A stretch of DNA of 63,232 nt. Source: Acidimicrobiales bacterium. GTDB lineage: Bacteria; Actinomycetota; Acidimicrobiia; Acidimicrobiales; CAVXTF01. Every line of letters starts with the position of its first letter. Position 1 is the stretch's first letter. Below, piece after piece: positions 53,599-63,232 of the stretch. The stretch covers positions 1 to 63,232 of the forward strand of contig JBAPRR010000455.1 of assembly GCA_049281195.1 (NCBI GenBank), written 5' to 3'. Under the pieces are notes generated by a model, which was given only the letters and a program-made list of their open reading frames with translations, had not been told where the DNA came from and did no database searches. A program made the translations under genes and the position numbers.

Positions 53599-56500
53599 AT
53601 GCGTTTCGGCGTGAATGTGCGCAGACTCGTTGCACTCCGCCGTCCTGCGGTCCACCGCACGCTGACGGCTCTCCTCATCGCAATGAGCGGCATCTTGACG
53701 TCGGTCGGAGTCTCCTTGCTGACGTCCACGCCCGCGGCAGCAGTGAGCGTCTCAGCGATCGTAACCAACGTTCCAGACGGGGTCACAGCGGTCGCGACCG
53801 ATCCCTCGGGGGTCATCTTCGTCGGTGCAGACGACGGCAACGTCTACGCCTGGTCGCCCACGACCACGGCGCTTTACGACACAAACATTCCTGCCGACAC
53901 GCTCACCTCTCTCACCCCGGGAGGAGTGGGCCAGACATTCAGCCTGGACTACCACAACGGCGACCTATGGATCTCGGATTCGGCCGATGGGCTACAGGTT
54001 CTGTCTCCCACCACGACGACGCTCTACGGAGTTTCGGTCACTGCCGATACTCCGACCACCATCGTTGCCGCCACGTCGAGCGTAGACCCCACACAGGTGA
54101 CTTTCGATTCGAGCAACGACCTGTTCTTCGCTGACAGCGCGACGACGGCAGGAGACGGGTCGGTCGACATCGACCCTGTTGCGAGCGGGACCATTTTCGA
54201 TCAGAACATCACAGCCGACCAGGTTCACCCATTGATCGCCGATCTCAACCAGCCCGACGGCGTTGCGCTCGACTCGTCAGGGGACCTCTTCTTCTCCGAT
54301 GACTCGCTCGACTACATCGGCGTGCTCCCGGTTTCGAGCGGGACCGTCTTCGGCCAACCGGTCAATGCCGACACAGCCAGCGGACTGTTCTACGGCGTCG
54401 TGGGCGTCGACTCGTCGAGCGGGCTCGATGCAGGGCCATTGGACTTTGACTCTTCCGGCGATCTCTACTTCGTCAACCTCTATACAGGCGTCGGCATTGT
54501 GACCAATACGACCGGCACTTATATCGGGACACAGGTCACAGACGACACGCCGACCAACCTCGATCTCGAGATGGACGTGGAGGGAATCGCCTTCCAAACC
54601 TCCGGCCAACTGCTGATGGCCGACGGCGACGACGCAGCGATCGTTTCGGCCGCCGCACCGACTGCCACGATCACAAACGTCAGCATCTCCGGCTCGCTCG
54701 ACAACCCCACGCTCACCGTCACCGGAACCGGCTTCGGTACCGAGCCCGCGGCAGTCGCCCCGGGGTGCAGCGCGTCCGGCAACGACTACAGCTACAGCAC
54801 TTTCGTCTTGAGCGACTCTCAACAGCAATGGCAGGCCGGCATGCCCGGTGACTGCGTGGCTTTCAACATTGTCTCCTACAACGCGACTCAGGTCGTCGCC
54901 ACGTTCGGAAGTTGGTACACCGATCAAGAGGTGGGCTCCGGCACCGAGATCCACCCCGGCGACAACTTGTGGGTGGGGCTGGCCGGCGCATACGCACCGG
55001 CCACCGTCCCCGGAGTCACGTCGGTGGTGCCGGACACCGGGCCGGACTCGGGTGGGACGACTGTGACGATCTCCGGAGAAGGGTTCACCGGCGCCACAGC
55101 CGTCGACTTCGGCCCGGGAAACCCCGCCTCATTCACCGTTGATGACGACAACCAGATCACCGCCACATCGCCGGCGACCGGGACAGGCACGGTCGACGTG
55201 ACTGTGACCACGCCGGTCGGCACCTCTGCGACCTCGTCAGCTGATCAATTCACCTTCACCAACGACGTCGCTTCTGACTACTCCTGCACCGTGCCGGGAG
55301 ACGGGACCAACAGCTTCGCCATAGAGGTAACCGAATCGCCCAAGGCCCCGACCTCAGAAGATGTCGGTACGAACTTCGAAGAAGCACCATCCGTCGAGGT
55401 CACGATTCCGGCGCCCGTCGTCGAGTACTACATCGGCCAGGGGGCCTTTTCGCTCAATCTCGAGTCACAGTCCGCTACGGAAAACGGGCTGGCGTCACCC
55501 GATGGGGCGGCGAGCGGCGCGGTCAGCCCCAACTCGGAGTCCAGTTCGGCGAACGATGTCCCGCAGACATTCAGCCCGCTCTCCGACAGTTCGATCACGT
55601 ACCAGACCACCTACGACCCAGTGACCTGGCAGACAGGGCCTGGGACGGGGACCGTGTACCTGACCCCGGGCGACATCAACATCGTGCTGACCTACGACGT
55701 CGACAGCACACCTGAGAGCTCCCAGGTGTCATGTTCGCCGCCTTCCAACGAGGCCGCAGTCGACACCACGACGGTCGAGCCCGCGGCGACAAGCCCCACT
55801 TACCAGGTACCGACATCCACTCCCCCGGTGCAGAGCGGGGTCACGTCCGGAAATGACGACGGGTGGACGTTCGTCATTGCCAACACATCTGACGACACGG
55901 TGACCGGCTTGCAGACTCAGGTGACGATCACCGATGGCGGAACTCCACCTTCGTTCGACACAACGGCCATCTCAGCCTCGGGAACTAAGGATTGCACGGT
56001 CACCTCTCCGGGTGTTCTGACCTGTACCGAGAACGACCTGGACGCCGGCGCGACCGACACCATCAATGTCCTCGTAGATACCAGCGGACTGACACAAGGC
56101 GTGGGCGTCGAAGGTTCGGCTTCGGTGACCTCCACCAATGCCGGTTCCGCCGGTGACAGCCTGGGCCAGTTTTCAGTGGTGGTGGTGAACAATGGCGTCG
56201 AGTCGTCGGCGGTGCCTGGCATCGCCCTCGCATCGAGCTCTCTGCCACTGTCCGATACGGGAGCGGCTGTCACGTTGACGCTTCCGAAGAACAAGATTCC
56301 GGTCGCTGGACCACATGCATCCGGTGCCGTCCCTGACGGTTCTGCAAAGACAAAGCCGCCGGTCGTCGGAGTCACCCTCGAACCCGTACCGGAATCCGAT
56401 GAGCCCACACTGTGCCCGCCGGCGTCGGGCGGCTGCCCGACCGACGTACTCGAGGTCGAGGGAACCTTTACGAACTACGTGAACGCGGCCCATCCGCTCA

Positions 56501-56739
56501 TCGCAGTGCTTCAGTACTACTTCGGATCTTCGAAGCCCAAGGGCCCCGTGTACATGCTCGAGGACAGCGGGACCGTGCTCGCACTCGGCGCGTGCGTGCA
56601 GTCGAAAAAGACCGGCGACTGGAATACACCTTGTGTGGACGGGGCGCAAAAGACCACCGGGTCCAAGGGCAAGGGCACCCTGAGTGTGGAAGACATCGTC
56701 TACTTCACCGGGAACGACCCGGGTTTCTCCCTCCGGTGA
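53599..56739 (+). CDS. Secreted 1046-aa multidomain protein: signal peptide, NHL-like six-blade propeller, IPT/TIG domain, DUF11-like repeat
   Basis: GAGGAGGGG Shine-Dalgarno 5 nt before ATG 53599. Signal-like MRFGVNVRRLVALRR...LLTSTPAAAVS. Six repeats of the form PDGVALDSSGDLFFSD / GPLDFDSSGDLYFVN. IPT/TIG GVTSVVPDTGPDSGGTTVTISGEGFTGATAVDFG (about 55008-55260). No LPXTG motif or C-terminal TM seen. Confidence 0.8.
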   Translation: MRFGVNVRRLVALRRPAVHRTLTALLIAMSGILTSVGVSLLTSTPAAAVSVSAIVTNVPDGVTAVATDPSGVIFVGADDGNVYAWSPTTTALYDTNIPADTLTSLTPGGVGQTFSLDYHNGDLWISDSADGLQVLSPTTTTLYGVSVTADTPTTIVAATSSVDPTQVTFDSSNDLFFADSATTAGDGSVDIDPVASGTIFDQNITADQVHPLIADLNQPDGVALDSSGDLFFSDDSLDYIGVLPVSSGTVFGQPVNADTASGLFYGVVGVDSSSGLDAGPLDFDSSGDLYFVNLYTGVGIVTNTTGTYIGTQVTDDTPTNLDLEMDVEGIAFQTSGQLLMADGDDAAIVSAAAPTATITNVSISGSLDNPTLTVTGTGFGTEPAAVAPGCSASGNDYSYSTFVLSDSQQQWQAGMPGDCVAFNIVSYNATQVVATFGSWYTDQEVGSGTEIHPGDNLWVGLAGAYAPATVPGVTSVVPDTGPDSGGTTVTISGEGFTGATAVDFGPGNPASFTVDDDNQITATSPATGTGTVDVTVTTPVGTSATSSADQFTFTNDVASDYSCTVPGDGTNSFAIEVTESPKAPTSEDVGTNFEEAPSVEVTIPAPVVEYYIGQGAFSLNLESQSATENGLASPDGAASGAVSPNSESSSANDVPQTFSPLSDSSITYQTTYDPVTWQTGPGTGTVYLTPGDINIVLTYDVDSTPESSQVSCSPPSNEAAVDTTTVEPAATSPTYQVPTSTPPVQSGVTSGNDDGWTFVIANTSDDTVTGLQTQVTITDGGTPPSFDTTAISASGTKDCTVTSPGVLTCTENDLDAGATDTINVLVDTSGLTQGVGVEGSASVTSTNAGSAGDSLGQFSVVVVNNGVESSAVPGIALASSSLPLSDTGAAVTLTLPKNKIPVAGPHASGAVPDGSAKTKPPVVGVTLEPVPESDEPTLCPPASGGCPTDVLEVEGTFTNYVNAAHPLIAVLQYYFGSSKPKGPVYMLEDSGTVLALGACVQSKKTGDWNTPCVDGAQKTTGSKGKGTLSVEDIVYFTGNDPGFSLR

Positions 56740-56754
56740 TCTGACCAGACGGAG

Positions 56755-59700
56755 ATGAACGCCGCCAGCGGTTCCGACCTCTTCCTCCCCTACCTCACCG
56801 CCCCGGCGGTGGCGTGGGCGCGAGACGAGGCAGCAAACGAGAGCGCAACGCGCTCGCAGTCCGTCGCCGGGACGATGGTGTTCGGTGACATCTCGGGATT
56901 CACAAAGATGTCGGAGCGCCTGGCACGCCACGGCAAGGTGGGCGCAGAAGAGGTCGCCGACGCCATCAACACCTGCTTCGAGCAACTCCTCGACGCCGCC
57001 TACAAGTTGGGCGGGAGCCTGTTGAAGTTCGGCGGCGATGCGATGCTGCTCCTTTTCACAGGTCCGGACCACGCCATAAGAGCGGCCCATGCCGCGATCG
57101 GGATGCGCTCCCGACTACGCAGCGCCGGTCGGTTGCACACCACGGCGGGCGAGGTGGTTCTCCGCATATCGGTCGGAGTTCACAGCGGTACGTTCGACCT
57201 GTTTCTCGTGGGAGATTCTCACCGCGAGCTCGTTGTCGCCGGGCCTGACGCCAGCACAACAGTTGATGCCGAGGCCACGGCGTCCGCCGGCGAGATCGTG
57301 ATGAGCGCGCAGACCGCGGCCCTGTTGCCGGCCCGGGCCAGAGGCCCGGCATGCGGAGCGGGATACCTGCTTCGTTCCCCCGGCGGTCCCCCGCCTCGGA
57401 TGGCGCCGAAGCGCCCCGATCCGGGACAAGCCGACATCTCCCGCTTCGTGCCGGCAGCCATCAGGCGCCACCTGGTCGAAGGCGGAGAAGAGCACGAGCA
57501 CCGGACTGCCACCGTGGCGTTCTTACACTTCGACGGCATAGACGACCTGGTGACGGAATTGGGCATCCACGAGGTGGCGCGACAACTCGATGCCGTGGTC
57601 CGGGCCGCGCAGGCCGCGGCCGACAGCCACCAGGTGAGCTTCCTGGGAACAGACATCGACAAGGACGGGGGAAAGATCATCCTCACCGCCGGCGTGCCGA
57701 GCCGCGCCGGCGACGACGAACAGCGGATGCTCCTTGCCGTCCGACAGGTCCTCGACCAACAGTTGCCACTGCACCTTCGCGTTGGCGTGAACACCGGGCC
57801 GGTATTCGCCGGCGATATCGGAACTCCGTTTCGGCGCACGTTCACCGTCATGGGCGACACGGTGAACCTCGCGGCCCGCTTGATGGCACGGGCCGAGCCC
57901 GACCAGGTCCTGGTCACAAAAGAGACTCTCAGCCGATCTGACGTCCAATTCGTCGCCGCCGAGCTTCCACCCTTCACCGTCAAGGGAAAGCGGCGGCCGG
58001 TGCAGGCGTTCGCAGTCGGCGCTCCGGACCGCGCTCACCGTTCTGTCACCGATCGCCTGCCACTGACCGGACGCGAAGAAGAGGTCGCTGTCCTGAGAGA
58101 GGCCGTCCGGGCGGCCTCCACGGGAGCCGGACGCGTGGTGGAGTTGGTCGGCGACCACGGATCAGGCAAGTCACGGCTGGCGGAGGTGCTTGTCGCTGAG
58201 TCCGAAACCCTTCCCACTTTCACGATCGTGTGCGAGCCGTACGAGTCGGCCACGCCTTACGCCACTTTCAACATTTTGGGGCGGGCCCTTGTCGGCGTGG
58301 AAATGGACGCCGCGGCCGAAACAGTGCGACAGAACCTCGTCACCTACCTCGAGCGGGAGGCTCCCGATCTGCGCTCCGACCTGTCGTTGCTCGCAACGGT
58401 CATCGGCCTGGATCTTCCCGACCCTCCGGCATTGGCCGCACTCGAGCCCGAGTTTCGTCGTCAGGCGGTGGCGGAGGCTTCCGCCCACTTGTTCTGCCGC
58501 GCTCTCGGACTCCCACGCGTGCTCGTGATTGAAGATGCGCAGCACATGGATCCTGCGTCGCAACAGATCATGGGGATCATGGTGCGCAACCTCGCCGAGC
58601 GCCCCGGTGCAATCTGCATCACCAGAAGGGAAACCGACGGAGGTTTCTCCGTCGATGAGGCGCCGCATACACGATCGGTGTTGCTTGCTCCTTTGACATC
58701 CATCCAGGCCAAGGCGGCACTGATCGCGGCCACAGAAGATGAGCCTCTCCTGCCTCACGAGATCCAGTTCATGGCCGACCGCAGCATGGGCAACCCTCTC
58801 TTCTTGGAGGAGCTGTGGCGATCGCGTCGAGACGGCGCAGGTATAGAAGCGCTCCCCGACTCGGTCGACGCCGCGGTCGGCGTGCAGATCGACAGCCTCC
58901 GTGCGCGGGACCGCCGCATCCTGCGATCCGCTTCTGTGCTCGGCTCGGTCTTCTTCGAGCGCGACCTCCGTGAACTGCTCGAGGCGTCAGGTCTTTTGAT
59001 CGACGATGGACTTGACCCAGGAGCACGCTCTTCGGCTCTGCCGCGATCGCTCGACCAGTTCCTCACCACCGACTCATCCGGCCTCGTGCGGTTCAGTTCC
59101 GCCCTAGTACGCGAGTGCGCGTACGAGGGACTCCCTTATCGCCGCAGACGCGAACTTCACGGGCGCGCCGCTGAGAGGCTCGAGGCCAGGGGCGGCACCG
59201 AATCCGACGCCGAGGTGCTGTCTCTTCACTACTTCTACGCGCAGCAGTTCGCCGCGGCGTGGCACCACGCTCGCACTGCCGCGCGCAACGCCAGCGACAA
59301 ATACGCCAACGTGGAATCGGCGAGACTGTACGAGAGAGCGCTGGCATGCACATCGCACATCGATGACCTGAACCGCGCAGACGTTGCGTCGGCGTGGGAG
59401 ATGCTCGGCGACGTGCGCGAGCGCGCCGGTGACTTCAAAGGCGGTGCTGCGGCCTACCGTCGAGCTGGGGGACTCACCACCGAGGTCGTCGCAAAGGCCG
59501 AGCTGTGCCTCAAAGAAGCTTGGATGGCTGAACGCCTCGGGCAGTTCCCATTGGCGGTGAGATGGATCCGCCGCGGATTGCGGGCTATCGCGAACCTCGA
59601 CAACCGGCCCGCGGGCCAGCTCCGCGCCCAGTTGATGACTTGGTACACCGCCGTCCGCCAAGCCCAGGGCCGGAGCTCCGAAGCAGTCGTCTCCGGCGAG

Positions 59701-60648
59701 CGGGCCGTCGCAGAAGCCAGAACCTGGGGTAATCGCAAGGCCGAGGCACACGCCCTGTCCCTACTCGACTGGGCTCTGGTTTCCCTCGGGCGCGCCGGTT
59801 CGGCCAACCACTCCGAAGATTCGGTGGCTATTTACCGCGAGCTCGGGGACCTCGGCGGGGAAGCGCAGGTGCTCAACAACATGGGCGGCTTCGCGTACTT
59901 CCGCGGCGCATGGGACGAAGCCGTCTCTTTCTACCGCCAGGCCCAGGACATCCGCCTGCGGACCGGCAACGAGGTGGAGGCGGCGATCTGCACCTTCAAC
60001 ATCGGAGAGATCCTGTCGGATCAGGGACACTTCGACGAGGCCCGCCCGCACCTGGACGAAGCTCTGCGCGTGCTGCGCGCGGCGCGCTATTCATGGGGGA
60101 TCGGCTACGCCATGATGCTGATCGGCAGGTTGGAGTCGCGCACGGGCTCCTTCGACTCCTCGTGGACCCACTTCGAGTCGTCACTGCGGGCGTTTCACGA
60201 GGTCGCCCGCGAAGCCGACGCATTTCAAGTGGAGTCGCTGATCGCCGAGTCCCTTGTCTTCCAGGGGCGGGCCACCGAGGCGCTCGACATCGCCGTTCGT
60301 CTAGCTGCGGATGTGGCCCGCGTCGGCTCAGCCGTGGGGAACGCGCTGGTCGAACGGGTGCGGGGGTACGCACTGGCACAACTCGGGGATCTCCGAAGCG
60401 CCGGTAGCGCTTTTGAAGCCAGTCGAACGACGGCGGAGGAGCTCGGAGCCGATTACGAGCTGATGCTGACGCTCGACGCCATGCGCTCGACAGGGGTCAG
60501 CTACCCAGACGGACATTCGCCCGAAGAGCTCACCGTGCGTATCGACGAGCTGCGCCAGCGACTCGGGATCGTGGTTCTTCCCGTGGTACCGATGACGGCG
60601 GCGGGTTCATCCCACACGTTTACCGGGCTGGTGGGCTCCCCGAGCTAG
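56755..60648 (+). CDS. Tandem class III cyclase homology domains + P-loop STAND ATPase + TPR-like repeat protein (1297 aa)
   Basis: CHD1 motifs FGDISGFT (56881-56904) and GGDAML (57031-57048). CHD2 motif [10 protein letters not shown] (57853-57882). Walker A GDHGSGKS (about 58150-58173). The C-terminal ~600 aa are helical/TPR-like repeats (e.g. [28 protein letters not shown]). Confidence 0.9.
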   Translation: MNAASGSDLFLPYLTAPAVAWARDEAANESATRSQSVAGTMVFGDISGFTKMSERLARHGKVGAEEVADAINTCFEQLLDAAYKLGGSLLKFGGDAMLLLFTGPDHAIRAAHAAIGMRSRLRSAGRLHTTAGEVVLRISVGVHSGTFDLFLVGDSHRELVVAGPDASTTVDAEATASAGEIVMSAQTAALLPARARGPACGAGYLLRSPGGPPPRMAPKRPDPGQADISRFVPAAIRRHLVEGGEEHEHRTATVAFLHFDGIDDLVTELGIHEVARQLDAVVRAAQAAADSHQVSFLGTDIDKDGGKIILTAGVPSRAGDDEQRMLLAVRQVLDQQLPLHLRVGVNTGPVFAGDIGTPFRRTFTVMGDTVNLAARLMARAEPDQVLVTKETLSRSDVQFVAAELPPFTVKGKRRPVQAFAVGAPDRAHRSVTDRLPLTGREEEVAVLREAVRAASTGAGRVVELVGDHGSGKSRLAEVLVAESETLPTFTIVCEPYESATPYATFNILGRALVGVEMDAAAETVRQNLVTYLEREAPDLRSDLSLLATVIGLDLPDPPALAALEPEFRRQAVAEASAHLFCRALGLPRVLVIEDAQHMDPASQQIMGIMVRNLAERPGAICITRRETDGGFSVDEAPHTRSVLLAPLTSIQAKAALIAATEDEPLLPHEIQFMADRSMGNPLFLEELWRSRRDGAGIEALPDSVDAAVGVQIDSLRARDRRILRSASVLGSVFFERDLRELLEASGLLIDDGLDPGARSSALPRSLDQFLTTDSSGLVRFSSALVRECAYEGLPYRRRRELHGRAAERLEARGGTESDAEVLSLHYFYAQQFAAAWHHARTAARNASDKYANVESARLYERALACTSHIDDLNRADVASAWEMLGDVRERAGDFKGGAAAYRRAGGLTTEVVAKAELCLKEAWMAERLGQFPLAVRWIRRGLRAIANLDNRPAGQLRAQLMTWYTAVRQAQGRSSEAVVSGERAVAEARTWGNRKAEAHALSLLDWALVSLGRAGSANHSEDSVAIYRELGDLGGEAQVLNNMGGFAYFRGAWDEAVSFYRQAQDIRLRTGNEVEAAICTFNIGEILSDQGHFDEARPHLDEALRVLRAARYSWGIGYAMMLIGRLESRTGSFDSSWTHFESSLRAFHEVAREADAFQVESLIAESLVFQGRATEALDIAVRLAADVARVGSAVGNALVERVRGYALAQLGDLRSAGSAFEASRTTAEELGADYELMLTLDAMRSTGVSYPDGHSPEELTVRIDELRQRLGIVVLPVVPMTAAGSSHTFTGLVGSPS

Positions 60649-60745
60649 CCGGCATCGGCGCAGCCGGGGCGGGGAGATACAGCGCCGTGACCGTGTCTTC
60701 AGGCAGCATGGCAGACCTGTCGGGAGTAGCGGGAGGACTTTGAAC

Positions 60746-63232
60746 ATGCGCGGAGCGGGAGCGATCACGGCTGACTCGGTAACCGAGGGTGCGGGAGTCG
60801 TTCCCCCTGCACAGTCTCGTCCTTACGCCCCGATGGCCGCCATCGGTGTCGCCGCGTTCGGCGCGTTCCTCGCCTTCATGGACTCGACCGTGGTCAATGT
60901 GGCATTCCCCAACATCCAGGCCGCATTTCCGCACGCCACGGTCAGCACTCTTTCGTGGGTCCTCAATGCGTACAACGTGGTTTTCGCCGGCCTCCTCGTA
61001 CTTTCCGGACGTTTCGCCGACCTGCTCGGGAGGAGGCGCCTGTTCAAGCTGGGCCTGCTCATCTTCACCATCGCATCGGCCTTGTGCGCGGCGTCCAACT
61101 CGGTGGGAATGCTCATCGGGCTCAGAGCCATACAGGCTGTGGGCGCGGCCATGCTCGTTCCAGCCTCGCTCGGGATAGTCGTACATGCCTCGCCCAGCGA
61201 GCACAGGACCAGAGCGCTCAGCATCTGGGCGGCGGCGGCCGCTCTCGCCGCGGGCCTCGGGCCGCCGATCGGCGGTGCGTTGGTCGATCTCTACAATTGG
61301 CGTCTCGTATTCCTGATCAACGTCCCGCTCGGGTTGTTGGCCTGGGTCCTCGCCCGGCACGCCGTGATCGAAAGCCGTGCACCGGGAAGCCGCGTGATGC
61401 CGGATCTGCGCGGCGCCCTCCTGCTGTCGGCCGCCATCGGCTCGGTGACCCTCGGCGTGGTGCAGGGAAGCACATGGGGCTGGGCGAGCATCGGCACCGT
61501 CAGTGCATTCGTGGTCTCCGCACTGTGCGTGGCGCTGACTGTCCTGAGCTCGATGAAGCACCGATCCCCGGTGCTCGATCCGCAACTGCTCCGCATACGT
61601 GGCTTTCTCGTCTCCAACATCGTGACAGTCGCCTGCGGGCTCGGCCTTTACTGCTACCTGCTCGCCCACATCCTGTGGTTGCACTACGTGTGGGGATACT
61701 CGCTGCTCCTGGCCGGGCTCGCCGTCGCTCCTGGTGCGGTGGTAGCCGCCATCGTCTCGGTGCCTGCGGGGCGCCTGGCCGAGCGGATAGGCCCGCGACC
61801 CGTCGTCGTAGTGGGATCGATTGTGTGGGGCCTGGCCTACGTGTGGTACTCCACCCGCGTCGGGCTCAGACCCGACTTCGTCGGCCAGTGGCTGCCCGGG
61901 CAGATAATCAGTGGCATCGGTGTGGGCTCCACACTTCCCACCGCGTCGGCCGGAGGCCTGGCCACGGTCCCGGCCGGTCGTTACGCCACCGCATCTGCGG
62001 TCAACTCGAGCGCCCGCCAACTGGGAGGCGTTCTCGGGATCGCCATCCTCACCGTCTTCATCTCCCACGAGACGATCCTCACCTTCGCCGACGACGTGAG
62101 GCGGGGCTGGAAGCTCGCGGCAGGCGCCTTCTTCGTCGCCGCGTTCGTGGCGCTCTTCTTCGGGCGCATCCACGAGTCGAGCGAGGAAACCGACGTCGGA
62201 TCACGAGGTCCGTTGCTCGATCAGAGACCCGAGCCGGCTGTGGTGGCGGCGACACGTCGCGAAGGGGCCGACTTTCTCGACCTGCTCCCGGCTCAGGTGA
62301 GAACCCGGCTGATCGAAACCGGAGAACCCCTCGAACTGCGCGCTGGAACAACCTTGTTCTCGAGCGGCGAAGTCGGCGACGCCCTGTACGTGCTTCAGGC
62401 CGGGAGACTGGAATTGGAACGGCCCGATGGAGGGCGCCTGGACTTCTATCCCACCTCCACCTTCGGGGAGCTGGCGCTGCTCACGGACGCGCCCCGTTCG
62501 GGAACGGTCATCGCCCGGCGTGACAGCCGGTTGGTGCGCGTCAGTCGCGAGCGGTTCGACGGTCTGGCCGCCGCTGAACCTGCCGTGATGGACGCCGTGG
62601 CCAGAGGTATCGCCTTCCGCCTCCACGACAGCACCCCGATGAACCCTCCGGCGCGCCCCGAGCCGAAGGTCCTGTCGGTTGTGGGGGTCGACGTCGACAC
62701 CGAGGCCCAGAAAGTGGCGGCGGTCGTCCAAGGTGGCCTCGTGGAGAAAGGCCTGCGGGTGGCACTGCTCGCCGACTTCGCGCCCGACGGGCTCCAGCGG
62801 GCCGAGTCGGACAACGACAGGGTCGTCCTCGCATGCGGACGCAGCAGCACATGGCGCGACGCGGGCCTCCGCCAGGCCGATCGCGTGGTGCTCGTCTCCA
62901 GTAATCCGGCTGAGACCGGCATGCTGCCGGTCAATGTTCCCTGCGATGTCGTCTTGGTCGGCCACGCGCCGACACAAGCTCAGATCGTGGCATGGCACGA
63001 CGCTTCGGAGTGCCGGCGCGTGTACCACGTCGGTGAGGATCCAGCCTCGTGGCAGGCCGGCCTGCGCGCTCTCATCGCGCGCATCGCCGGTGACTCCGTA
63101 GGACTCGTCCTCGCCGGTGGTGGCGCCAGGTCTCTGGCCCACCTGGGAGTGCTTCACGCTCTCGAGGAGGCCGGAGTCGTCGTCGACCGCGTTTCGGGAA
63201 CGAGCATGGGCGCGTTCATCGCGTCGCTGTAC
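60746..63232 (+). CDS. MFS transporter fused to a cyclic-nucleotide-binding domain and a patatin-like phospholipase domain (3' end beyond the window)
   Basis: Absent from the ORF track (no stop in the window). My manual translation is open for 829 codons from ATG 60746, with GGGAGGA upstream. MFS: [47 protein letters not shown]. cNMP-binding: [14 protein letters not shown]...[18 protein letters not shown] (about 62270-62590). Patatin: [16 protein letters not shown] (63116-63124 = GGG) and the GTSMG nucleophile elbow (63197-63211). Confidence 0.85.
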   Translation, partial: MRGAGAITADSVTEGAGVVPPAQSRPYAPMAAIGVAAFGAFLAFMDSTVVNVAFPNIQAAFPHATVSTLSWVLNAYNVVFAGLLVLSGRFADLLGRRRLFKLGLLIFTIASALCAASNSVGMLIGLRAIQAVGAAMLVPASLGIVVHASPSEHRTRALSIWAAAAALAAGLGPPIGGALVDLYNWRLVFLINVPLGLLAWVLARHAVIESRAPGSRVMPDLRGALLLSAAIGSVTLGVVQGSTWGWASIGTVSAFVVSALCVALTVLSSMKHRSPVLDPQLLRIRGFLVSNIVTVACGLGLYCYLLAHILWLHYVWGYSLLLAGLAVAPGAVVAAIVSVPAGRLAERIGPRPVVVVGSIVWGLAYVWYSTRVGLRPDFVGQWLPGQIISGIGVGSTLPTASAGGLATVPAGRYATASAVNSSARQLGGVLGIAILTVFISHETILTFADDVRRGWKLAAGAFFVAAFVALFFGRIHESSEETDVGSRGPLLDQRPEPAVVAATRREGADFLDLLPAQVRTRLIETGEPLELRAGTTLFSSGEVGDALYVLQAGRLELERPDGGRLDFYPTSTFGELALLTDAPRSGTVIARRDSRLVRVSRERFDGLAAAEPAVMDAVARGIAFRLHDSTPMNPPARPEPKVLSVVGVDVDTEAQKVAAVVQGGLVEKGLRVALLADFAPDGLQRAESDNDRVVLACGRSSTWRDAGLRQADRVVLVSSNPAETGMLPVNVPCDVVLVGHAPTQAQIVAWHDASECRRVYHVGEDPASWQAGLRALIARIAGDSVGLVLAGGGARSLAHLGVLHALEEAGVVVDRVSGTSMGAFIASLY

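Noticed and set aside
60620-62173. 517-aa minus-strand ORF, the longest ORF the track offers for this region
   Set aside because: Extremely Arg/Gly/Asp/His/Glu-rich with no recognisable motif. It lies exactly antisense to a plus-strand frame with clear MFS motifs and hydrophobic periodicity. This is a typical high-GC shadow ORF.
60955-62523. 522-aa plus-strand ORF ([18 protein letters not shown]...)
   Set aside because: It is out of frame relative to the MFS reading frame, is about 25% Arg with Pro/Gly runs, and does not look like a protein.
62201-63157. 318-aa minus-strand ORF
   Set aside because: It is antisense to the cNMP-binding/patatin part of the plus-strand fusion gene, has low-complexity Arg/Gly-rich composition, and shows no family motifs.
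1-63232. Looked for CRISPR arrays, rRNA/tRNA genes, IS elements, integrases, phage genes, toxin-antitoxin pairs and known defence systems
   Set aside because: I saw no regularly spaced repeats, no transposase/integrase/recombinase-like translations, no structural RNA signatures, and no obvious GC-anomalous island by eye. The window looks like chromosomal backbone rich in regulators and transporters.

Overview
This is a high-GC (about two-thirds G+C by eye, not computed), densely coding chromosomal segment. Its gene content points to Actinomycetota: a deazaflavin/F420-type nitroreductase, DinB/DUF664, MMPL, a BTAD/SARP-type regulator, several ECF sigma factors and DHA2-type MFS pumps. I support about 55 protein-coding genes. 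They include: two paralogous TetR + DrrAB-like ABC exporter modules; three DHA2 MFS pumps (LysR and AsnC neighbours); MarR-MMPL; an acetate/monocarboxylate locus (acs-satP divergent from a LytS/LytTR two-component system, DUF485 and an ActP/MctC-type symporter); SoxR with a textbook SoxR box; three ECF sigma units (two paralogous sigma + membrane-protein pairs, and one ECF41-type sigma beside a CMD gene with TGTCACA-N16-xGTC promoter motifs); a BVMO/SDR/amidohydrolase/DyP/FAD-oxidase cluster; and an SsuD/SsuE-like pair. I saw no rRNA, tRNA, CRISPR array, transposase, integrase or phage gene. Two genes are missing from the supplied ORF track because they run off the window edges. One is the 5' part of a TetR gene (1-242, minus). 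The other, more important, is an open frame of at least 829 codons (60746 to 63232, plus) encoding an MFS transporter fused to a cyclic-nucleotide-binding domain and a patatin-like phospholipase. That gene lies directly downstream of a 1297-aa tandem class III cyclase / P-loop STAND / TPR protein and a 1046-aa secreted propeller/IPT protein. This co-directional trio (53.6-63.2 kb) is my best candidate for an undescribed cyclic-nucleotide sensor/effector system, although a housekeeping cAMP role cannot be excluded. Other notable points: a second cyclase-STAND gene whose catalytic FSDIEGST motif lies upstream of the first usable start codon; a DyP peroxidase with an encapsulin-type C-terminal targeting peptide but no shell gene beside it; a BTAD regulator with inverted domain order; and a shared promoter-like motif upstream of two paralogous ECF sigma genes. 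All family assignments come from reading motifs by eye; no database search was run.
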